DNA of 64,000 nt, from NCBI GenBank assembly GCA_002269645.1, contig NIVC01000176.1:62001-126000 (forward strand), in the 5' to 3' direction. Made by a program: the position numbers and the translations under genes. The stretch comes from Macrostomum lignano (taxonomy: Eukaryota). Positions 52,519 through 64,000 of this stretch are shown here, piece by piece. Within the stretch, counting starts at the first letter, position 1. Each line of letters starts with the position of its first letter. The notes under the pieces are model-generated. The model saw only the letters and a program-made list of their open reading frames with translations. It ran no database searches and had not been told where the DNA came from.

Positions 52519-55500
52519 ATGGCCTCCGCTCTGCCCAACACTTTTCGCCGGCTCGTGGCGACTAAACTGACGCACAATTTCCGCGAGGCAGTTGAAATCA
52601 TCAACTGCGAGCTGAAGCCACCGACTGCTGGCCAGGTTCTCATCAAGACTAAGTGAGTTGCTTCGCCTCCCTGCTCCAGCATTCACCTTCTCTTCATTAT
52701 TCACCCATGCTGATTCACCCTCTCCCTGATTCACCCTCTCCCTTCCTGATTTATACCCTCCCTAATTCACCTTCCTTTTCTAATTTACCCTCCATTCCTG
52801 ATTTACCCTCCCTTCCTGATTTACCCTCCCTCCCTGAATTTACCCTCCCTCCCTGATTTACCCTCCCTTCCTAATTCACCCTCCCTCCCTGATTCACCCT
52901 CCCTTCCTAATTTACCCTCCCTCCCTGATTCACCCTCCCTCCCTGATTCACCCTCACTCCCTGATTCACCCTCCCTTCCTGATTCACCCTCCTTTTCTAA
53001 TTTACCCTCCCTCCCTGATTCACCCTCCCTTCCTGATTCACCCTCCTTTTCTAATTTACCCTCCCTCCCTGATTCACCCTCCCTTCCTGATTCACCCTCC
53101 CTTCCTAATTTACCCTCCCTCCCTGATTCACCCTCCCTCCCTGATTCACCCTCACTCCCTGATTCACCCTCCCTTCCTGATTCACCCTCCTTTTCTAATT
53201 TACCCTCCCTCCCTGATTCACCCTCCCTTCCTGATTCACCCTCCCTCCCTGATTCACCCTCCTTTTCTAATTTACCCTCCCTCCCTGATTCACCCTCCCT
53301 TCCTGATTCACCCTCCCTCCCTGATTCACCCTCCCTCCCTGATTCACCCTCCTTTTCTAATTTACCCTCCCTCCCTGATTCACCCTCCCTTCCTGATTCA
53401 CCCTCCCTCCCTGATTCACCATCCCTCCCTGATTCACCCTCCTTTTCTAATTTAACCTCCCTCCCTGATTTACCATCCCTCCCTGATTTACCCTCCCTCC
53501 CTAATTCACCCTCACTCCCTGATTCACCCTCCCTCCCTGATTTACCCTCCCTCCCTGATTCACCCTCCCTTCCTGATTTACCCTCCCTCCCTGATTCACC
53601 CTCCCTCCCTGATTCACCCTCCCTCCCTGATTTACCCTCCCTCCCTTATTTACCCTCCCTCCCTGATTTACACTCCCTCCCTGATTCACCATCCCTCCCT
53701 GATTCACCATCCCTCCCTGATTTACCCTCCCTCCCTGATTCACCCTCCCTCCCTGATTCACCCTCTCCCTGATTCACCCTCCCTTCCTGATTTACCCTCC
53801 CTTCCTAATTTACCCTCCCTCCCTGATTCACCCTCCCTCCCTGATTCACCCTCCCTCCCTGATTCACCCTCCCTCCCTGATTTACCCTCCCTCCCTGATT
53901 TACCCTCACTCCCTCCCGGATTCACCCTCCCTTTCTGATTTACCCTCACTTCCTGATTCACCCTCACTCCCTGATTCACCCTCACTCCCTGATTCACCCT
54001 ATCCCGGATTCACCTCCCGCAAGATACGCCGGCGTGAACGCATCTGACATCAACTTCACGGCCGGCCGCTACAAGCACGCCAGCAAGCCGCCAATCCTGC
54101 TTGGCTTCGAAGGCGTCGGCCGCGTCGTACAGGTCGGCCCGGGCGTTGGCGACGGTCTGAAAGTCGGCCAGCCTGTGGCCTACCTGGCTGACGGGTCGTT
54201 CTCCGAGTACCAGTGCCTGTCGGCTGGCTCCGTGTTCCCCGTGCCGTCGCTCAGGCCGGAGTTTGTCAGCCTGCTGGTCAGCGGCCTCACTGCCGAGCTG
54301 GCGTTGGAGAAAGTCGGCCAGCCAAGCGCCGGCGAGACCGTGCTGGTCACCGGCGCGGCCGGGGGCACCGGGCAGTTCGCTGTGCAGCTGGCCAAGCTGC
54401 GGGGCTGCCGGGTGCTGGGCACCTGCTCGGGCGAGGCCAAGGCTCGCCTGCTCACCGCGCTGGGCTGCGATCGGCCCATAGACTACACGAAGGAGAAGGT
54501 GAGGGACGGTTAGGTTGGTTGGAGATCTGGGGTAGCCTATGGTGCTCCTGGTGACAGGACTTGATAGGGTTAGAGTGAGACTAGGGACGTGAGGGTGAGA
54601 CTTGGGAGATGTGAAAGTGAGACTAGGGGGAGGTGAGGGTGGGACTAAGGAGAGGTGAGAGTGAGACTAGGAAGAGGTGAGAGTGAGACTAGGAAGAGGT
54701 GAGAGTGAGACTAGGAAGAGGTGAGAGTGAGACTAGGGACGTGAGGGTGAGACTTGGGAGATGTGAAAGTGAGACTAGGGAGAGGTGAGGGTGAGACTAA
54801 GGAGAGGTGAGAGTGAGACTAGGAATAGGTGAGAGTGAGTCTAATGAGAGATGAGAGTGAGTCTAGGAAGAGGTGAGAGTAAGTCTAGGGGTGAGACTGA
54901 GACTAGGGGTGAGACTGAGACTAGGGGTGAGACTGAGACTAGGGGTGAGACTGAGACTAAGAAGAGGTGAGAGTGAGTCTAGGGGTGAGACTGAGACTAG
55001 GGGTGAGACTGAGACTAGGAAGAGGTGAGAGTGAGTCTAGGGGTGAGACTGAGACTAGGAAGAGGTGAGAGTAATTCTAGGGGTGAGAGTGAGTCTAGGG
55101 GTGATAATGAGGTGGCGTGTGATTAAGGGTATGTATTAAATATGTATTAATAATATAAAGCTACAAAATTGCGAATAATTCAAACCCGCAAACGTCTGTA
55201 TTCCTTAGCTCGATGAGGTGCTGAAACGCGAGTGCCCGCGCGGCGTCAACGTCGTGTACGAAGGCGTCGGCGGCAAGATGTTCGACACGGCAGTGGACGC
55301 TCTGGCCACACACGGCCGGCTGATTGTGATCGGGTTCATCCAGGGCTACCAGACCGACCAGGGCATGCCGAGGTCGCAGTACCTGGCCACCCTGCCCGCC
55401 CGGCTGCTGGTGAAGTCCGCCAGCGTGCGGGGGTTCTTTTTGTTTAACTTTTTTAGCGAACTTCGACCGGCCTTTGACAAGCTGGTGAAGCTGCTGGAGG

Positions 55501-56217
55501 CTGGGCAGCTGCGGGCCGCCGTAGACATGGGCAGAGCGGCTGGCGGCAGCGGCTTCCAGAGACTCGAGGCCGTGCCGGATGCCGTGCAGGTGAGTGAGGG
55601 TAGAGTGCCGCGGGGTGAGGGTAGAGTGCCGGGGAGTGAGGGTAGAGTGCCGGGGAGTGAGGGTAGAATGCCGGGAGGTGAGGGGAGAGTGCTGGGGAGT
55701 GAGGGTAGAGGGGTAGGGGAGAGAGGGGAGAGTGCTGGGGATTGAGGGTAGAGGGATAGGGGGGGTAGGTAGGGGGAGAGGGTAGAGGGAGAGGGTAGAG
55801 GGGTAGGGGGAGAGGGTAGAGGGTAGAGGGAGAGGGTAGAGGGGTAGGGGGAGAGGGTAGAGGGTAGAGGGAGTGGGTAGAGGGGTAGGGGGAGAGGGTA
55901 GAGGGAGAGGGTAGAGGGGTAGGGGGAGAGGTAGGGGGAGAGGGTAGAGGGAGAGGGTAGAGGGTAGGTGGAGAGGGCAGAGGGTAGGGGGAGAGGGTAG
56001 AGGGAGAGGGTAGAGGGGTAGGGGGAGAGGTAGAGGGGTAGGTTTGCTGGGATACAAACAGAGGGGTTATTTATGCTAAATGACATTATATCTCATGTGC
56101 AAGGAAAGTTTCTAATCGGCAAATTTAATTTCCTTATTCAACCTTCAGCATCTCTACTCCAAGAGCAGCCTGGGTAAGATTGTGGTAGACCTGGACCCGG
56201 ATGAAGCGAAGCTGTGA
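52519..56217 (+). CDS. PTGR3: Prostaglandin reductase 3 / zinc-binding alcohol dehydrogenase domain protein 2 (MDR family), 352 aa, C-terminal PTS1 (AKL)
   Basis: Exons 52519-52652, 54024-54498, 55209-55589, 56149-56217 (phases 2,0,0). YAGVNASDINFTAGRY, GFEGVG, LVSGLTA, VTGAAGGTGQFAVQLAK, VVYEGVGGKMFD, GRLIVIGFI, GKIVVDL...AKL*. Confidence 0.95.
52700..54012. repeat. 18 bp minisatellite (ccctccctccctgattca) filling PTGR3 intron 1
   Basis: About 70 copies. Confidence 0.97.
54570..55105. repeat. ~22 bp minisatellite (gtgagagtgagactaggaagag) in PTGR3 intron 2
   Basis: Degenerate tandem copies. Confidence 0.93.
55590..56042. repeat. G-rich tandem repeats (gagggtagag-based) starting at the PTGR3 intron 3 donor
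   Basis: Begins gtgagtgagggtagagtgccg... and decays into ggggagagggtagag units. Confidence 0.92.
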
Positions 56218-56534
56218 AACTGGAAAATAATTAGCAAAACACCATTTTAGTGTGATTTTGATTTTCTATATTTACTATGAATTTAGGCTTCATTTTCATT
56301 ATTTTCAAATTAAACGCAACCAGTGAGACAATATGGACTGGCTATTGATGTTTTTCGGCTTAATTTTATTCTCTAATTCTAATCCATCGTTCTTTGATTG
56401 CCACCGCTATTCAAAGTTTAGTTTATTTAAACAAATAAAAAGACGCTGGACATTGCACTGTTAATAAATCAATCATGATCTATAGTAATTTTTCTTCCGC
56501 ATGTGTTGATGCAAATTTGTTAATTTCTCGCTGT

Positions 56535-57232
56535 AAAACATAGTAGAAAACTAGCTGGTATTTACCAAAATTAAAATATCAAGTAGATTTAATGAGCGCA
56601 AATATGGGGAGTCCTGGGGAATGTGTTCGTCCCGATTCGGGGAATACCGGCTGAGTCCGGGTTCCTCTTGCCCCTGGTGCCCCTCTCCGACCCCTTGGCC
56701 TGGCCCTTATTGAGCTGGATAGTGAAAAAGCCTTGAGGCTCGCAGCCCTATAGGAGGTTCTGCCATTCCATCTAGCACGGATTCGCCTCATGATAGGAGC
56801 CTCGCCCTTGGTAAATAAGCTGCCCAGACTCGCTCCAAAATTAAGCCACTTCCGTAGACTTCGGGGTTTCCCCGCTCTCGGACCGCTTTCAGTAGCATCT
56901 TAAGGCTTTTCCAATCTTTTTTCGCGCACTCCCGGGATTTGTCGGCTGGGTGGTGGCTTGGGTCAGCGGTGTCTTAGTCCATAGGCTTGAGCTAGTAGCC
57001 CCAATAAGGTTTCTTTCCCTGGCCATGACGTCAGGTCCCAATCTGGGCTGCCCTGGCTTTATGCCCCTAGTAGATGTGCCCCCCCCCCCTATATTCCAGC
57101 GGCAGAGCCCTTCTCTGGGCTGATCCGCGGGAGCCCCTAGGCTACCCACCTCGTTTAACAACAAAACATAGTAGAAAACTAGCTCGTATTTACAAAATTA
57201 AAATATCAAGTAGATTTTACGAGCGCAAATAT
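56535..57232. mobile_element. Unidentified ~557-bp GC-rich insert flanked by ~70-bp direct repeats
   Basis: 56535-56605 recurs at 57163-57232 (about 3 substitutions and 1 indel); the insert between them ends ...TTTAACAAC. Confidence 0.6.
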
Positions 57233-57315
57233 ATACGCCGAGCATCACTGATGTTTGCATCATTTTTCTAGAGAGTCTGTCTGTACACATTTGCAAGCGA
57301 TCGTTTTTTACCTGC

Positions 57316-57470
57316 AACCCACCTCACTACGCCTGCACCCACCTCACTACGCCTGCACCCACCTCACTACGCCTGCACCCACCTCACTCCGCCTGCACCC
57401 ACCTCACTTCGCCTGCACCCACCTCACTCCGCCTGCACCCACCTCACTTCGCCTGCACCCACCTCACTCC
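57316..57470. repeat. 20 bp minisatellite (gcctgcacccacctcactac)
   Basis: About 7-8 copies. Confidence 0.93.
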
Positions 57471-58204
57471 ATGTAACTTTGGCAAATTAATTTACTTGTG
57501 ATAAATTGAGTACACTTGTACTCCGTTGAGTACACTTTCGAAACTTTTAGTTAATTACATGTACCAGCTAGCTTATCGAGTCTTCCAAACCATGGCATCG
57601 ATCGATTCTTCTAAAAGCACAGGGGCTTTCGTCATTTCTAAAGCAATTTGCGCAAACCACTGAAGCCTGAGTTGAATTTTTAGAAACATTTGCACAGAAA
57701 ATAGTGGAAAAAATTTTAAGTAGCGATCTTCAATCGAATTTCAATGCATGGAAATATCAAAAGGCAGTGGAATTTTGTTTTCGCCAATTGCTTTAAATTT
57801 TGCTTTATTAAGCATAAAAATATGTTTGAAAAAAACAGAAGTTTCACGGAGACATTTTTCACTTGGTAGTTTTGGGAAAGTCTTTGAATCGAAAGTTTTT
57901 CTTTTTAGTTCTTCAACTTGAAAAAATCTAATTTACTTTTCAACATTTTTTTATTTTAGAAGCAAATGAATTCCGACCTTCAATTTTTCGGTTAAAAGGT
58001 AAGTATAGTTTAGAGAACTTATGCACCCATTAGTTTTTTAATTAAAACAAATTCCACATGCGCTTGTATCAAAAATATTTTCTGTCGACCTGTCCAAAAT
58101 ATCAGGCAATTAGAAATGAGAGTGACGCTCATGGTTATTCAAAAAAATTTTAAACTATAGAACCTAAACACATGACCGATAGCCGCTAAAACAGCTGCAT
58201 GCAT

Positions 58205-59640
58205 GACACAGCAGCAAGGTACCTTCCGTGTCCAAATTACTAGTGACCATAGTTGTACACAGCAAGGTACCTTCCGTGTCCAAATTACTAGTGACCATAG
58301 TTGTACACAGCAAGGTACCTTCCGTGTCCAAATTACTAGTGACCATAGTTTGACACAGCAAGGTACCTTCCGTGTCCAAATTACTAGTGACCATAGTTTG
58401 ACACAACAAGGTACCTTCCGTGTCCAAATTACTAGTGACCATAGTTTGACACAACAAGGTACCTTCCGTGTCCAAATTACTAGTGACCATAGTTGTACAC
58501 AGCAAGGTACCTTCCGTGTCCAAATTACTAGTGACGATAGTTGTACACAGCAAGGTACCTTCCGTGTCCAAATTACTAGTGACCATAGTTGTACACAGCA
58601 AGGTACCTTCCGTGTCCAAATTACTAGTGACCATAGTTGTACACAGCAAGGTACCTTCCGTGTCCAAATTAATAGTGACCATAGTTGTACACAACAAGGT
58701 ACCTTCCGTGTCCAAATTACTAGTGACCATAGTTGTACACAGCAAGGTACCTTCCGTGTCCAAATTACTAGTGACCATAGTTGTACACAGCAAGGTACCT
58801 TCCGTGTCCAAATTACTAGTGACGATAGTTGTACACAGCAAGGTACCTTCCGTGTCCAAATTACTAGTGACCATAGTTGTACACAGCAAGGTACCTTCCG
58901 TGTCCAAATTACTAGTGACCATAGTTGTACACAGCAAGGTACCTTCCGTGTCCAAATTACTAGTGACCATAGTTGTACACAGCAAGGTACCTTCCGTGTC
59001 CAAATTACTAGTGACGATAGTTGTACACAGCAAGGTACCTTCCGTGTCCAAATTACTAGTGACCATAGTTGTACACAGCAAGGTACCTTCCGTGTCCAAA
59101 TTACTAGTGACCATAGTTGTACACAGCAAGGTACCTTCCGTGTCCAAATTACTAGTGACGATAGTTGTACACAGCAAGGTACCTTCCGTGTCCAAATTAC
59201 TAGTGACCATAGTTGTACACAGCAAGGTACCTTCCGTGTCCAAATTACTAGTGACCATAGTTGTACACAGCAAGGTACCTTCCGTGTCCAAATTAATAGT
59301 GACGATAGTTGTACACAGCAAGGTACCTTCCGTGTCCAAATTAATAGTGACCATAGTTTGACACAACAGGGTACCTTCCGTGTCCAAATTACTAGTGACC
59401 ATAGTTTGACACAACAAGGTACCTTCCGTGTCCAAATTACTAGTGACCATAGTTTGACACAGCAAGGTACCTTCCGTGTCCAAATTACTAGTGACCATAG
59501 TTGTACACAGCAAGGTACCTTCCGTGTCCAAATTACTAGTGACGATAGTTGTACACAGCAAGGTACCTTCCGTGTCCAAATTAATAGTGACCATAGTTGT
59601 ACACAGCAAGGTACCTTCCGTGTCCAAATTACTAGTGACC
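58205..59640. repeat. 48 bp minisatellite, about 30 highly homogeneous copies
   Basis: Unit cagcaaggtaccttccgtgtccaaattactagtgaccatagttgtaca with only a few recurrent variant sites. Confidence 0.98.
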
Positions 59641-60285
59641 AGTGCTGTGAGTTGTTGACCTGGCTTTCAGGGTCAAAGCTTTTTGCCTTAAACATCTTTT
59701 TTTCTGAAGAAACTGAAAAGTGACTGTTAAAGGTCAAAAACTACAGGTAGTTTGTTCAAACATTTTGAATATTTTCTTTGTTGCGACCCAACAGGGGGCC
59801 AGATTGCTAGTCCACTCTACTAAAAATACTAAAGCTTTTAGTTCTGTAGGAGCAGACTGTGCATCAGCACCCACACCAGCTGTCAGTTCTGCAGGAGCAG
59901 ACTGTGTTGGGGTACATATAAGAGATGGTGGAAAGGTGGGGGAGCCGCACTCGACCCAATATTCTCCTCTGCCACTGACATCTCTGTATTTTATTCACCC
60001 TCACACTACATTTTCATTTCAATACTACTGAGTCCTATGCTCTCACCCCTTATGCTTACCCCCTTTAATAGCCAAATAAAAATACGGAGAGCCAGTCGAA
60101 TATTATTCAAGCCTGCTGCAACAATCTGCATCATGCATTTATTTACTGAGGTCACAAAGCCTCAGCTCAAACTCAGCTGCTCATTTGAGTCCCAGTTAAA
60201 CTCAGTTAATGTAATTAATTAGGTGAAAGTTAAATCAGTTGCAGACTGCGCAGTCACCAACAGAAGCCGGTCCAGCAGCTTTGCC

Positions 60286-63771
<3,486 letters not shown>

Positions 63772-64000
63772 CTGGATGAAGAGCGGATGATTAGTGATTT
63801 TTTCCCAATGTTTATGCACCTGCGCAAGGTTCTGCACACGAAGACCAGTTTGCCGGAGGCTCCATCGCTGGACACTCGACCCAGCACGGTGGCGCCGAAG
63901 TCCTGTTTTTGCATTCCATGTTCAGGTATCACCTTCAGTCCGGTGACTTTCCGCTTCCCGTCAGGACTCTCCGTGGCGACCTCAGTGATGTTGAGATCCA

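Noticed and set aside
56606-56720. Possible HDV-like ribozyme at the start of the direct-repeat-flanked insert
   Set aside because: GGGTTCCTCTTGCCCC resembles the P3/L3 region, but I could not build P1, P1.1 and P2 consistently by eye.

Overview
Eukaryotic (metazoan) genomic DNA, not prokaryotic. Compact GC-rich spliced exons sit in introns and spacers packed with micro- and minisatellites and transposon relics. The style is most reminiscent of a free-living flatworm such as Macrostomum, but that is an unverified inference. Seven protein genes were assembled by hand from GT-AG junctions with consistent phases: an oversized tetraspanin (+, 1382-8413, with a tandem duplication of exons 5-6), an Nck/Dock-like adaptor with only two SH3 domains (-, 15173-10087), a CHAC2-like gamma-glutamylcyclotransferase (+, 20285-21348), a short ORD-only oxysterol-binding protein (+, 23431-28285), G-alpha-o (+, 35119-50088), PTGR3/ZADH2 ending in a peroxisomal AKL (+, 52519-56217), and the 3' part of a fibrinogen-related-domain gene (-, 63771-60286, 5' end unresolved). 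Mobile elements include hAT-type MITEs, two tRNA-derived SINEs, two RTE-like relics (one 5'-inverted), an RNase H-bearing non-LTR element with a 14-bp TSD, a foldback element, and a palindromic Tc1 derivative carrying a nested Crypton-like tyrosine-recombinase fragment. Most long ORFs in the supplied track are artefacts of tandem repeats. The most notable observations are the Tc1-palindrome/Crypton composite, the apparently MITE-mediated exon duplication in the tetraspanin, sharply bounded CpG deserts upstream of two genes, and minisatellites filling most large introns. I found no clearly self-contained novel multi-gene system; the findings are leads.
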